Under the pieces are notes generated by a model. It did not search any database and was not told where the DNA came from. It was given only the letters and a program-made list of their open reading frames with translations. DNA of 64,000 bases from Candidatus Woesebacteria bacterium (lineage in GTDB: Bacteria > Patescibacteriota > Microgenomatia > UBA8517), in the NCBI GenBank assembly GCA_963784785.1, contig CAWASW010000007.1:2394-66393 (forward strand). Direction: 5' to 3'. Made by a program: the position numbers and the translations under genes. Positions 1 through 9,947 of the stretch are shown here, in pieces. How positions within the stretch are numbered: the first letter of the stretch is position 1; the number at the start of each line of letters is the position of its first letter.

Positions 1-1
1 T

Positions 2-997
2 ATGAAGCTTCGACAATTTCAAAAAGCAGGGCATGAAGTGATCTTTTTAGTAGGTGACTTTACAGGAATGATTGGAGACCCAACAGATAAACTAGCAACC
101 AGAAAAAAATTAACTCGAGAAGAAGTTCTTAAGAATGCTAAGGCATGGAAAAAACAGGCATCTAAACTTTTGGATTTTACAGGATCAAATCCTGCAAAAA
201 TAATGTTTAACTCCAAATGGTCAGATAAAATTAGTTTTAAAGATTTAATCGAAATTACTTCAAACTTAACAGTCCAGCAATTAATTGAAAGAGACATGTT
301 CCAAGCGAGATTAAAGGCAAAAGAGCCAATCTACTTACATGAATTTTTATACCCAGTTGCACAAGGTTTCGACTCTGTAGAAATGGATGTAGATTTAGAG
401 GTTGGTGGAAACGATCAATTGTTTAATATGATGGTTGGTAGAAATTTATGCAAAGCCATTAAAAATAAGGAAAAGTATGTTTTAACTACTAAACTTTTAG
501 TTGATAAAGAGGGGAAAAAAGTAGGCAAGACTACAGGTAATGCATTATTTTTAGATTCAAAACCCCAAGATTTTTATGGAGGAATAATGTCATTCCCTGA
601 TGAGGTAATCTTGTTATCCTATGAACTTTTAACAGAACTCCCGCTTACGGGTCTTGAAGAGAAAATTAAACTAAACCCTATGCAAGAAAAGAAAAATTTA
701 GCATACGAAATAGTAAGACTTCTTTGGGGAGAAAAACTTGCTAAAAAAGCCGCTTTAACTTTTGAAAATAATTTTCACAAAAGAGAAGTAGAATATAGTT
801 TGGAAATTAAATTACAAAAAACTTTAGCTGACACTGTAGCCCCATTTACAAACTTAAAATCAGCAGGAGATGCCAAGAGATTAATTCAACAAGGAGGTCT
901 AACTATTAACGGCGATGTCGTTTCTGATTTAAACTACAAAATCAAAAAAGGTGATAAAATCAAGATCGGCAAAAAAATATTTGGTATACTAATCTAG
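2..997 (+). CDS. tyrS: tyrosyl-tRNA synthetase (5' partial; class I catalytic domain plus C-terminal S4 domain)
   Basis: ORF runs off the window start. The motifs GGNDQ and KVGKT (KMSKS-like) are present, and the C-terminal S4-like segment GGLTINGDVVSDLNYKIKKGDKIKIG matches TyrRS. Confidence 0.8.
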   Translation: MKLRQFQKAGHEVIFLVGDFTGMIGDPTDKLATRKKLTREEVLKNAKAWKKQASKLLDFTGSNPAKIMFNSKWSDKISFKDLIEITSNLTVQQLIERDMFQARLKAKEPIYLHEFLYPVAQGFDSVEMDVDLEVGGNDQLFNMMVGRNLCKAIKNKEKYVLTTKLLVDKEGKKVGKTTGNALFLDSKPQDFYGGIMSFPDEVILLSYELLTELPLTGLEEKIKLNPMQEKKNLAYEIVRLLWGEKLAKKAALTFENNFHKREVEYSLEIKLQKTLADTVAPFTNLKSAGDAKRLIQQGGLTINGDVVSDLNYKIKKGDKIKIGKKIFGILI

Positions 998-1144
998 CAA
1001 TGGGATCCAAAAAACACAAAAAAATATTTAAGGTTTTGGCGATAATTGCAGGGTTAGCACTTCTTGTAAGCTCCTTTTTACCTTTTTTAGCTTACTTGTA
1101 ACATTAAAAATTGAATGAAAATTGTAAAATGTAAATTGTAAATT

Positions 1145-3025
1145 ATGCAGTTATCCGATTCTGTCTCAACCTTACCCTTCGTCGGTCCAACCTATGAAAA
1201 AAAATTAGAAAAATTAGGTATTTTAAGCATCTCAGATCTACTCCATCACATTCCTCACAGATATTTGGATTTCTCGAAAATTACAAAGATTGCGGACTTA
1301 AAAATTGGAGAAGTGGTGACAACTATTGGAACCATTACTTCTATTAGAAATCAAGCTACAAAGGCGGGAAGGTTAATGCAGATTGGACAAATTCAAGACG
1401 ATACAGGAAAAGTATCTGTTGCATGGTTTTCCCAACCCTTCTTAACTAGGATGCTTTTTCCAGGGACTAAAATTGCAGTTTCAGGAGAATTATCTTGGTT
1501 TAACAAACAACCTGCTTTTTTCTCTCCACAGTACGAAAAAATTGAAGATGATCACGAGACAGTTCACACAGGAAAAATTGTTGGAGTATACCCTGCAACT
1601 GCAGGACTAAGTTCAAAATGGCTAAAAGCTCGTATTAAATATGTAATCGATAGAATTAACATAGAAAATGAGTTAGACAAGTCAGCCTTTGAAAAAATCC
1701 ATTTTCCTCAGAAAATGGAAGATACGATAATTGCCAGAGAAAGGCTAGCATTTAACGAATTCGTAGACCTGCTTATAAAAGCTAAGGAAAGAAAGAAAAA
1801 ATTAATAAAGAAAAAAGGTATTTCATTAAGTTTTGAGAATAACAACATTAATAAATTTATTGCAGATATAGGATTCGAACTTACAAACTCACAGCAAAAA
1901 GTAACAAAAGAGATACTATCTGATTTATCTAAAAAAATTCCCATGAATAGGTTACTTCAAGGAGACGTAGGTAGTGGAAAAACAATAGTTGCTGCAATAG
2001 CGGCTTTAGCAACGTATTTAAGTGGTTATCAAACAGTTTTCCTAGCTCCTACTCAAATTCTTGCAAATCAGCATTACGAATCTCTTAAAAATTTATTTCC
2101 AAATCTTGAAGTTACTCTTGTTACCGCTCATAGCTTAAAGCATATAGCATACGGCAATATTATCGTTGGAACACACGCATTACTTAACAAAACGTTTGAA
2201 AAAGTGGGACTACTTATCATTGATGAACAGCACAAATTTGGCGTCAAACAAATTAATTTCTTGCAAAAAACAAACCCTCACGTTTTAACCATGACTGCGA
2301 CTCCTATTCCTAGAACTATCGCCCAAACATTATTTTCTGACATGGATTTGTCAATAATTGACGAATTACCTAAAAACAGACAAAAAATTAAAACATGGCT
2401 TGTTCCAAATGAAAAGCGTGACGGAGCATACGACTGGATCCGTACTCAGATCACTGTTCACCGTTCACAATGTTTTATTATCTGCCCTCTTGTAGAAGAG
2501 TCAGAGAGTGAAACTCTGAAGGATGTTAAATCAGTCAAGAAAGAATTCATCAATCTACAATCCATATTCTTTAATCTAAAACTTGGCTTACTTCATGGAA
2601 AATTGAAAGAAAAAGAAAAGAATGAAGTATTAAACGATTTCAAAAATGGCAAGTTGGATGTTCTTGTTTCAACTCCTGTTGTTGAAGTTGGTATAGATAT
2701 TCCAAATGCTACGATAATGCTTATAGAAGCTGCAGACAGATTTGGATTAGCACAGCTTCATCAATTAAGAGGCCGTGTTGGTAGAGGAACAAAAGAATCA
2801 TATTGTCTATTATTCACAGATAACGGATCAGATAAGGCAATCGAGAGGCTTACTGCCATGACAAAAATAGAATCAGGTTTTGAACTCGCTGAACTTGACC
2901 TAAAACTTCGAGGAGCAGGAGATGTATTAGGTACAAAACAAAGTGGCTTTGGCAACCTAAAAATTGCCGATTGGTCAGATACAAAATTAATCAAGCTCGC
3001 ATCTGAAGCTGTTGCGAATTTGTAG
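1145..3025 (+). CDS. recG: ATP-dependent DNA helicase RecG
   Basis: 626 aa with an N-terminal wedge-like region, Walker A DVGSGKT, DEQH box (IIDEQHKFG) and helicase C motifs (QLHQLRGRVGRG). Confidence 0.9.
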   Translation: MQLSDSVSTLPFVGPTYEKKLEKLGILSISDLLHHIPHRYLDFSKITKIADLKIGEVVTTIGTITSIRNQATKAGRLMQIGQIQDDTGKVSVAWFSQPFLTRMLFPGTKIAVSGELSWFNKQPAFFSPQYEKIEDDHETVHTGKIVGVYPATAGLSSKWLKARIKYVIDRINIENELDKSAFEKIHFPQKMEDTIIARERLAFNEFVDLLIKAKERKKKLIKKKGISLSFENNNINKFIADIGFELTNSQQKVTKEILSDLSKKIPMNRLLQGDVGSGKTIVAAIAALATYLSGYQTVFLAPTQILANQHYESLKNLFPNLEVTLVTAHSLKHIAYGNIIVGTHALLNKTFEKVGLLIIDEQHKFGVKQINFLQKTNPHVLTMTATPIPRTIAQTLFSDMDLSIIDELPKNRQKIKTWLVPNEKRDGAYDWIRTQITVHRSQCFIICPLVEESESETLKDVKSVKKEFINLQSIFFNLKLGLLHGKLKEKEKNEVLNDFKNGKLDVLVSTPVVEVGIDIPNATIMLIEAADRFGLAQLHQLRGRVGRGTKESYCLLFTDNGSDKAIERLTAMTKIESGFELAELDLKLRGAGDVLGTKQSGFGNLKIADWSDTKLIKLASEAVANL

Positions 3026-3046
3026 TTTCTAATATATAATTCCCAT

Positions 3047-3205
3047 ATGGCACCATTACCAAAGAAAAAACATAGTCACGGCAGAACAACCAGAAGAAGA
3101 AGTACCTTTAAGGCAGGTCTTACTGCGATTTCAAAATGTCCAAGTTGTGGAAAGCTTAGAGAACCTCATAAAGCATGTCCTCATTGCGGAGTTTACAAAG
3201 TATAA
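3047..3205 (+). CDS. rpmF: 50S ribosomal protein L32
   Basis: 52-aa ORF not in the supplied track: MAPLPKKKHSHGRTTRRRSTFKAGLTAISKCPSCGKLREPHKACPHCGVYKV. The basic N-terminus and CxxC...CxxC zinc ribbon are typical of L32. Confidence 0.8.
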   Translation: MAPLPKKKHSHGRTTRRRSTFKAGLTAISKCPSCGKLREPHKACPHCGVYKV

Positions 3206-3218
3206 GTATACTTACTAG

Positions 3219-3581
3219 ATGAAAACTGCAACTGACCCGAGACACTTAAGACGAAGGAATGCAGTTAAATTTTTATTTGCAGAAAGCTTTACTCACCAAA
3301 AAAATATTCCTGAATTAGTTTTAGAAATACAAAAGCAGACTGAAGACATTAATAAAATTATTGTAGAGTCAGCCCCAACTTGGCCAATAGATAAAATTAA
3401 TAAAATTGATCTTGCGATATTACATCTTGCGATATATGAATTAAAAAACGAAGATACTCCACCAAAAGTAATTATCGATGAAGCAGTTGAATTGGCTAAA
3501 GAATTTGGAGCTGAGTCATCAGGACCATTTGTTAATGGAGTATTGGGCACAATATATGATGAAATGAATAGTAAAAAATGA
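3219..3581 (+). CDS. nusB: transcription antitermination factor NusB
   Basis: 120 aa. The N-terminal [13 protein letters not shown] and the overall size match the NusB family, and it precedes rnc. Confidence 0.7.
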   Translation: MKTATDPRHLRRRNAVKFLFAESFTHQKNIPELVLEIQKQTEDINKIIVESAPTWPIDKINKIDLAILHLAIYELKNEDTPPKVIIDEAVELAKEFGAESSGPFVNGVLGTIYDEMNSKK

Positions 3582-4225
3582 ACTTCTTAAATCAAAATTT
3601 ATTGAAACAGGCATTAACTCATAGATCATGGGTTAATGAAAATAGCAAAAACGAAGGGACAAACGAGCGCCTAGAATTTCTGGGGGATGCAATCTTGGAA
3701 TTTGTTGTTTCCAAAGAGATATACAAAAAATTTCCAAATGAAGAGGAAGGATACTTAACTGCCTTACGTGCAAATTTAGTAAATACAAAAAATTTAGCTG
3801 AGGTAGCTACAAAACTTAAAATTGGAGAGGTGATTTTACTTTCAAAAGGAGAAATTGATGGTGGAGGTAGAACAAATCCTTCACTCCTAGCAGACACAAT
3901 TGAAGCAATAATTGGGGCAACATATCTGGATAGAGGGTTGGATGCAGCAGAAAAATTTATTCAAGATAATATCCTAATAGATGCCGATAAAAAATCTCAA
4001 TCACCACTAAAGGATCCAAAAAGTCTATTGCAGGAAAAAATTCAGGCAAAGGGATTGCAAGCTCCAAAATACAATGTGGTTTCTGAGGCAGGTCCAGATC
4101 ATAATAAAGAATTTACAATAGAAGTTATAGTCAACGGCAAACCTGCTGCTAGAGGTACAGGGAAAAGTAAATCTGAAGCAGAACAAGATGCAGCTTCCAA
4201 CGCACTCGGAAATATGATAAACTAA
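3578..4225 (+). CDS. rnc: ribonuclease III
   Basis: RNase III signature [11 protein letters not shown] is present with a C-terminal dsRBD; the start overlaps the nusB stop by 4 nt. Confidence 0.9.
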   Translation: MNFLNQNLLKQALTHRSWVNENSKNEGTNERLEFLGDAILEFVVSKEIYKKFPNEEEGYLTALRANLVNTKNLAEVATKLKIGEVILLSKGEIDGGGRTNPSLLADTIEAIIGATYLDRGLDAAEKFIQDNILIDADKKSQSPLKDPKSLLQEKIQAKGLQAPKYNVVSEAGPDHNKEFTIEVIVNGKPAARGTGKSKSEAEQDAASNALGNMIN

Positions 4226-4257
4226 GTTCGCCACTTTGTGGTAAAATAATAAATAAT

Positions 4258-4482
4258 ATGTCAGTATCTATCAAATTATCAAGAACAGGCAAAAAGAATT
4301 CAGCAAATTACAGAATTGTTGTTGCTCCAACAAGAAGTGCTAGAGATGGCAAAAATTTAGGCATAATAGGTAGCTACAATCCACGTTTAAAAACTCACGA
4401 AATAGATCAAAAGCTTTATGATGAATGGATTAAAAAGGGTTCAATAGTTACTGAAGGTGTAAAAAAGGTTTTAAAAAAGTAA
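4258..4482 (+). CDS. rpsP: 30S ribosomal protein S16
   Basis: MSVSIKLSRTGKKNSANYRIVVAPTRSARDGKNLGIIGSYNP is a typical S16 N-terminus. Confidence 0.9.
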   Translation: MSVSIKLSRTGKKNSANYRIVVAPTRSARDGKNLGIIGSYNPRLKTHEIDQKLYDEWIKKGSIVTEGVKKVLKK

Positions 4483-4485
4483 CCC

Positions 4486-4719
4486 ATGAAGGATTTACTA
4501 GACTACATATTAAGAAATATTTTAGGAAAAGATTCAACTTTTGAGATTCTTGAAGAAGATGATGGTTCAATCGTAAAACTAACAATAAAAACTGCAGATG
4601 ATGAGGGAGGTATTGTAATTGGAAAACAAGGAAAAGTTATTAAAGCTATAAGAAACATATTAAGGATAAAGGCTACATTAGAAAAGAAAAAGATTATTTT
4701 ATTAGTTAACCCCGTATAA
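4486..4719 (+). CDS. KH-domain RNA-binding protein (YlqC/UPF0109-like)
   Basis: 77 aa with a GKQGKVIKAIRNIL KH motif, in the conserved position directly after rpsP. Confidence 0.7.
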   Translation: MKDLLDYILRNILGKDSTFEILEEDDGSIVKLTIKTADDEGGIVIGKQGKVIKAIRNILRIKATLEKKKIILLVNPV

Positions 4720-4722
4720 TAT

Positions 4723-5385
4723 TTATTCAAAAGGATTTGGCTTTGATTCAATGTCAGCTGGAGTACTTGCAAAACGTTCAGGTAATTCATATTTAGACAT
4801 TTCTTCAATTAAAATTATTTCTTCATCAGTCAATACATTAATGTCTGAGACAAGAGAAGGTATACTTTTTGGCGCTTCTGACGAAAAAACGTTTAAAGTG
4901 ACGTCAACCTTTGTCGATAATTCAGTATTAGAAAATTTTATCTTCTCAATCTTAAAAATAGGAAGTGTTTTTGAAAATGCGTCCAAAAATGAGTAGATAC
5001 TGTTTTTTTCACCTTCTGCCTCAAAAGAAATAGAAGATTTAAAAATATTTTTCTCCATTGGAATCAAAGTTGACGTTTTTATGTTAGAGATTGTTATACC
5101 GTCAATTAGTGACTGACTTTTTATCTGATTCATTCCTAATAAAACAGAGTTTTTATACGGAACGGCCATGTTCAGAAAGTTAGTGTCATCAGGTACAGTC
5201 GTGTTAAGATCTCTTAAAATATTAAATTTTTTATTAAGACTTGCCTCAAGCTTTGAGGATTCATTGTAGGTGCTAATTAATTTAGTTATTTTGGCTGATC
5301 CTAAATAAATTGTGGCAACAAGTAACAATACAGTAGCAAAAAGTATAGCTACAGGCTTCAATAGAACGTTATTTAAATTTTTCAT
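4723..5385 (-). CDS. pilO: type IV pilus assembly protein PilO-like
   Basis: 220 aa with a single N-terminal TM segment, located immediately downstream of the pilM-pilN pair with a 4-nt overlap. Confidence 0.5.
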   Translation of the reverse strand: MKNLNNVLLKPVAILFATVLLLVATIYLGSAKITKLISTYNESSKLEASLNKKFNILRDLNTTVPDDTNFLNMAVPYKNSVLLGMNQIKSQSLIDGITISNIKTSTLIPMEKNIFKSSISFEAEGEKNSIYSFLDAFSKTLPIFKIEKIKFSNTELSTKVDVTLNVFSSEAPKSIPSLVSDINVLTDEEIILIEEMSKYELPERFASTPADIESKPNPFE

Positions 5386-5921
5386 ATTTCAAATATCAAA
5401 TTAGCTAAATATCCGGAACTTGCAGTGTATCCAAGCGAAGTCAAAACTATTTTCTTATATCTCTTAATAGCAGATATGTAATTTAGAACTGTGCCCATAT
5501 TCTTTAAACCTTTAAACGACAAAGCCATTTCAACTTTTGTAGGGCTTATCGTAACGTCATTAAATGATGATCCATCCAATCCCGAAACAACTGATTCAAT
5601 TCTTTTGAAATCTGAAAATTCTTCTTCGGCAGATTTTATTTTCTTAATTTCAGAAATTTTAGATAATCTATCCTTGATAGAAAAAATCCTGTTTTCGTTA
5701 TTGCTTAACTCAGAAATATTAGCTTTTAAGTATCCAATTTTAGTAACAATAGTATTTTGTTTACTTCCATAGTAGATAATTCCCACAATAGATCCAATTA
5801 TTCCAACAATTGAAATTACTAATAATATGGTTGAAATCTTATTTATAAGCCTTATTGATTTCAACGTCTTCGGTGAAACCATCATCTCAGACGGGATTAA
5901 ATTTATTTGCTTTTGCTTCAT
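5382..5921 (-). CDS. pilN: type IV pilus assembly protein PilN-like
   Basis: 179 aa with an N-terminal TM segment and coiled-coil, directly downstream of pilM. Confidence 0.55.
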   Translation of the reverse strand: MKQKQINLIPSEMMVSPKTLKSIRLINKISTILLVISIVGIIGSIVGIIYYGSKQNTIVTKIGYLKANISELSNNENRIFSIKDRLSKISEIKKIKSAEEEFSDFKRIESVVSGLDGSSFNDVTISPTKVEMALSFKGLKNMGTVLNYISAIKRYKKIVLTSLGYTASSGYLANLIFEI

Positions 5922-5927
5922 TTATTT

Positions 5928-6938
5928 TTATGTTTGATCTCTCATTGCAAGTCCTACTGCAGTACCATAAATAGAGGAGTATGGAGCCAATTTTTTAGAT
6001 GTTTCGTCATCCAACATTAATTTTCCAAAAGGATTACCAATAACTGTTTCCATATTAAGATTTTCAGTTAAATAAGAAACTATTCCAGGCATAATTGAGG
6101 CGCCCCCTGTAATTACCAATGAACTTGGCATATCTCCACCATCATCTGTTTGATAAAAATGAATAGCTTTTTTCATTTCATCAATAATTAAGTTAAAAAC
6201 TGGCACTAATGCATTTCTTACCTTACCCTCAAGTTGGCTCGCATCTAGTCCATATGCTTTTTTGTATTCTTCAGCTTGAACAGGTTCTATGCTTAACGAT
6301 TGAGAAACAGCCCTAGTAAAAGCCTCTCCTGCAACTGGAATTGACCTTGTAAAAATAGTATTAAAATTTCTAACTATTGAGATATCAGTTGACGATGAAC
6401 CTAAATCAAGAATCATAGAAACGCCTTTGTCAGGGGATAGAGATCTACAAAGGGCAGTCAATTCGGTTTCTGCCGAAACAGGTACTAGACCTGCCAATTT
6501 ACAAACTTTTACATATTTTTCAACAACTACTTTTGGAGCAGCAACCAACAAAACAGAGACAAAGGCAGCAGCTTCGTTTCTTTCCAAAATAGTATATTGG
6601 ATAACAGCTTCACCTACAGGAATCGGTATATATTGTTCTGCTTCCCATTTAACAGCAGAAGATACTTCCTCATCTGAAAGCATCGGAAACTTTATGACTC
6701 TTGTAAAAACAAGAGACTCTGGAAGGGATATATTTGCATCTTTGGAAGTGACACCAACCTGCGCAACCAACTTCTTAAGCAATTCTGACATAGTCACAAA
6801 ATCCTCTTCTGTAGAAGCTTTATCGGGAGATACTCCAACGTAACCGACAGCTCCAGACGATTTTAATTGCCACGAACCGTCAGCACCACCTAGTTCAACT
6901 ATTTTTATACTTTTTGATCCTATATCTATTCCTAGCAT
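5928..6938 (-). CDS. pilM: type IV pilus assembly ATPase-fold protein PilM
   Basis: 336 aa actin-like fold with MLGIDIGSKSIKIVEL and a DLGSSSTD phosphate motif. Confidence 0.8.
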   Translation of the reverse strand: MLGIDIGSKSIKIVELGGADGSWQLKSSGAVGYVGVSPDKASTEEDFVTMSELLKKLVAQVGVTSKDANISLPESLVFTRVIKFPMLSDEEVSSAVKWEAEQYIPIPVGEAVIQYTILERNEAAAFVSVLLVAAPKVVVEKYVKVCKLAGLVPVSAETELTALCRSLSPDKGVSMILDLGSSSTDISIVRNFNTIFTRSIPVAGEAFTRAVSQSLSIEPVQAEEYKKAYGLDASQLEGKVRNALVPVFNLIIDEMKKAIHFYQTDDGGDMPSSLVITGGASIMPGIVSYLTENLNMETVIGNPFGKLMLDDETSKKLAPYSSIYGTAVGLAMRDQT

Positions 6939-6957
6939 TTTGGGCAGATTTCTTTTC

Positions 6958-7782
6958 TTATTTAACTATACCATTTGCACTATAAATTGCATTCATGAAA
7001 ATTGGTGGTACCACAGGATGCAACTGAAAAACCTCAATACTTCTGTTACTATCACCATATGATCCGTCAGAACTAATTTTAGTACCTTGTGATGGTAAAA
7101 GTCCACCCGTCACTGTTATTCCGACTTTATGGCTAACAGTATTATTATACAAAAATTTTGCAGTAATAAACTGCATAGAAGTTAGCGCTGAAACATTTGT
7201 CGTATTTTTAAACTGAAAATTCTCTGTTCCCACAGTACAAGTACCTGATCCTGTAGAATAACCATTATTACTAGTTCTGCCACTATATGGATCCAACATT
7301 TTTCTGTAGACCCTTGTCTCGCCAGTTGGAGTCTTGTAAAAGATACTTATTTCAAGTGCAGGAGTCTGGACGTTTGTTTCACTTGTTCCTGCCGCACCCC
7401 AGCATACTGTGATCATACTACCGGCAAATGGAGTTTCGCTTGGCCTTGTTAGCCAGAAAGTAGCAACTTCACCAGACTTTAAACCATAAGGGTAAACTAC
7501 ACTGGCTAGTCCCTTTCCAAAGTCACTAGTCTTAACTGTAAACTTAGCGTCTCCTATTGATGTTACTCCTGAATCAACTCCACTGCCTATAACCAAGGCT
7601 CTTTCAATACCTGCCTCAGCAGCAGAGAAAGCACGCATCGAATCTTCTTCTTTAGTAGTTAAAGATATATCAGTGACAGAACGGGACATGATATACAAAA
7701 CTATGATTAAAACTACAGAAAGTGAAAGAAGAACTATTAATACTGCCTGCCCCGATTGATTTCTGCTTTTTCTAAAAGACAT
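6958..7782 (-). CDS. PilX-N domain pilus-associated protein
   Basis: N-terminal QSGQAVLIVLLSLSVVLIIVLY followed by RAFSAAEAGIERAL matches the PilX N-terminal domain pattern; located upstream of pilMNO. Confidence 0.5.
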   Translation of the reverse strand: MSFRKSRNQSGQAVLIVLLSLSVVLIIVLYIMSRSVTDISLTTKEEDSMRAFSAAEAGIERALVIGSGVDSGVTSIGDAKFTVKTSDFGKGLASVVYPYGLKSGEVATFWLTRPSETPFAGSMITVCWGAAGTSETNVQTPALEISIFYKTPTGETRVYRKMLDPYSGRTSNNGYSTGSGTCTVGTENFQFKNTTNVSALTSMQFITAKFLYNNTVSHKVGITVTGGLLPSQGTKISSDGSYGDSNRSIEVFQLHPVVPPIFMNAIYSANGIVK

Positions 7783-7843
7783 ATTATTATAAATATATCA
7801 TAAATCAATTTGAAGTGTTCAATACACTTTAAATGACCCATAG

Positions 7844-7872
7844 TTGACAAATGGAGAATCATCCTGTAGTAT
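7844..7872 (+). promoter_or_regulatory. putative sigma70-type promoter for the 7918 gene
   Basis: TTGACA (7844-7849), 17-nt spacer, then TAGTAT (7867-7872), about 45 nt upstream of the ATG at 7918. Confidence 0.3.
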
Positions 7873-7917
7873 TAAGTATTGAATTTGGGTATGTATTTAT
7901 AATACAATCCCAATAAT

Positions 7918-9315
7918 ATGAATAGAGATAGATTAATAGCAAATATTGCTTATTTAAATATGAATAAGGATTTACTTACAGCAGGATTTAGTGCAGCCGA
8001 GATTACGGCAATTTTGTTTACCCAATTTGGTTGTAAACCACAAACACTAACAATTCCTGAACATACTGATTCGAAGAACCCCAACGTACTTATAGTTGAA
8101 CCAACAGAAGCAACTAAAACAAAGGAACAAGAAGCAAGATTTTATTCGGGAAGAATCAGTTACGGTAACAACGGGATGGTTCCTGTTGTATCAGGAGAGT
8201 TTAAAATAAACCCAAACAATATTGAAACTTTTTCATTTTTTGTAACCTCGTTTTCTGGTGAGGGAGAAAAAGAAATCAAATTTGCATATGCCACAGAAGA
8301 TGGAAGTTTAAGAAGATTTGTTATGACTGCAGAAAGACCAGAAGAATTAAAAACTGTAATTGAAGATGGATTTGTGCACGAATATTATGAGTTAAAGGAT
8401 GGAACAAGGTACGACATACATATATACCCTGAAGACTCTTATAAATTATTTAGCTCTGGCACTCCATTTACGGCACATGTTTTTCCTCCTGATAATTTAT
8501 TACTTGATTTTCCAGGACTTAATAAAAATTCAATATCAATAAAAATATCATCGGAATCCGGAAAAGTCTATGCCACGGTTGCAAAAAATGAGGCAGCATC
8601 ACTTCCAGACGGAGAAATTAAGGATTTTGCAGAAAAAATAAAAGGTAGCCGTGAAATTCGATGGAGTGAAGATAAAAAATTTCTTCAATTAGTAGACAAA
8701 AAAACAGACAAAATTGTTCCAGATTTTAAATTTGATATTACAACTGACCCTCTAAACCCAACGTGGACAAGAGAGTATAAGTTTGAAGGTGAAACAATAA
8801 CAATTTTACAAAACTTATCTACAATTGTAGTCGATTCTGAAAAAAATATTGTTGACATACCATTTCCAGGATATGTATTTGATAGTGAGACAAATACATG
8901 GAACAGAAAAGAGTTTGAAGGTGAACCTGTTTTAAATACGGATGAGGCTAAAATCATCTTAATAAAATATAGCGACGTAACGAATGTTCAATATGATGTG
9001 CTCAAAACAATGTTTTTAGTACCAGGCGGTGGAGGACATCCAAGGCTAGTTTTTAAAAAGATTTCGGAGTTAACAAATAGATACGCTTGGGGAGAAAAGT
9101 TTATTCCCATAAAAAACCCTGATGACAGTTATGAAAAAAAACCTACAGGTATGTTCAAGATGTGTGAACTTGCTGACTTTCCATACAGTTTTGCTACTTT
9201 TAAGGATAAGTTCACTGGAGAATATAGAATAATATTAATTGATAAAACTGGGTTAATAGTTGAACATCCAACCTCGTGGAGTAATTATTATCTAGATAAT
9301 CCAACTGAAAAATAA
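7918..9315 (+). CDS. hypothetical protein (465 aa, no signal peptide)
   Basis: Long ORF with coding-like composition and no recognisable motif; first gene of a plus-strand trio embedded in the minus-strand pilus locus. Confidence 0.5.
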   Translation: MNRDRLIANIAYLNMNKDLLTAGFSAAEITAILFTQFGCKPQTLTIPEHTDSKNPNVLIVEPTEATKTKEQEARFYSGRISYGNNGMVPVVSGEFKINPNNIETFSFFVTSFSGEGEKEIKFAYATEDGSLRRFVMTAERPEELKTVIEDGFVHEYYELKDGTRYDIHIYPEDSYKLFSSGTPFTAHVFPPDNLLLDFPGLNKNSISIKISSESGKVYATVAKNEAASLPDGEIKDFAEKIKGSREIRWSEDKKFLQLVDKKTDKIVPDFKFDITTDPLNPTWTREYKFEGETITILQNLSTIVVDSEKNIVDIPFPGYVFDSETNTWNRKEFEGEPVLNTDEAKIILIKYSDVTNVQYDVLKTMFLVPGGGGHPRLVFKKISELTNRYAWGEKFIPIKNPDDSYEKKPTGMFKMCELADFPYSFATFKDKFTGEYRIILIDKTGLIVEHPTSWSNYYLDNPTEK

Positions 9316-9351
9316 ATTGACTCTTCATCGTAAAATTGTAATAATGATTAT

Positions 9352-9945
9352 GTGAGAATAAATTTATTAAAAATATTTGTAGTTGTTATTTTATTGATTT
9401 ATTCTGTAATATATTTACCCATATTTTCTTCATCTACCGCCAATTTTGATACGATTATCAGTCTTAGACATAAATATTTCTCAATCATAAATAAAGTTGT
9501 CAATCTGGCGAAGTTAAACAACGTAGACAACTACACATACCTTCGAACTCCGTTTAGGGTTATGAGACATTTTGAAGATGGTTATATTTATAATTTGGTA
9601 GGAGATGTATTAGGAATAGATCCAGATACAAATACAATTTATTTCAAATGCAGTAATAATAAATTATATCTTTTTAATATAGGTTCAAATAACCAAACCA
9701 AACAATTAAGAAAAATAGATTTGTCTGTTAGATTGCCTAGTGCTAATGGTCTAATTATCACGACATACACTTTTAATGAACTAAATAGAAATCCTGAAAT
9801 TCTAAATTCAAATAATACAGATTCCTATTCAATAATTTGGAAAGATAAAAGAATACTTAAACAACTTGAAAAAGATTACAATTACAATAACAATGAATTC
9901 ATAAACAATTCCGACAAAGACATTATGACGATTACAAAAATTTAA
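9352..9945 (+). CDS. hypothetical membrane-anchored or secreted protein (197 aa)
   Basis: N-terminal hydrophobic segment IFVVVILLIYSVIYLPIF followed by an Asn/Tyr-rich body. Confidence 0.45.
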   Translation: MRINLLKIFVVVILLIYSVIYLPIFSSSTANFDTIISLRHKYFSIINKVVNLAKLNNVDNYTYLRTPFRVMRHFEDGYIYNLVGDVLGIDPDTNTIYFKCSNNKLYLFNIGSNNQTKQLRKIDLSVRLPSANGLIITTYTFNELNRNPEILNSNNTDSYSIIWKDKRILKQLEKDYNYNNNEFINNSDKDIMTITKI

Positions 9946-9947
9946 TT

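Noticed and set aside
19-297. Numerous 60-150 aa ORFs antisense to or nested within large genes (for example 19..297-, 1708..1944-, 2761..2994-, 3293..3550-, 6427..6843+, 18493..18936+, 23016..23688-, 33748..35100-, 57891..58232-)
   Set aside because: Each lies entirely inside a well-supported gene on the opposite strand or in another frame. Their composition is low-complexity and they have no SD. They are expected by chance in an AT-rich genome.
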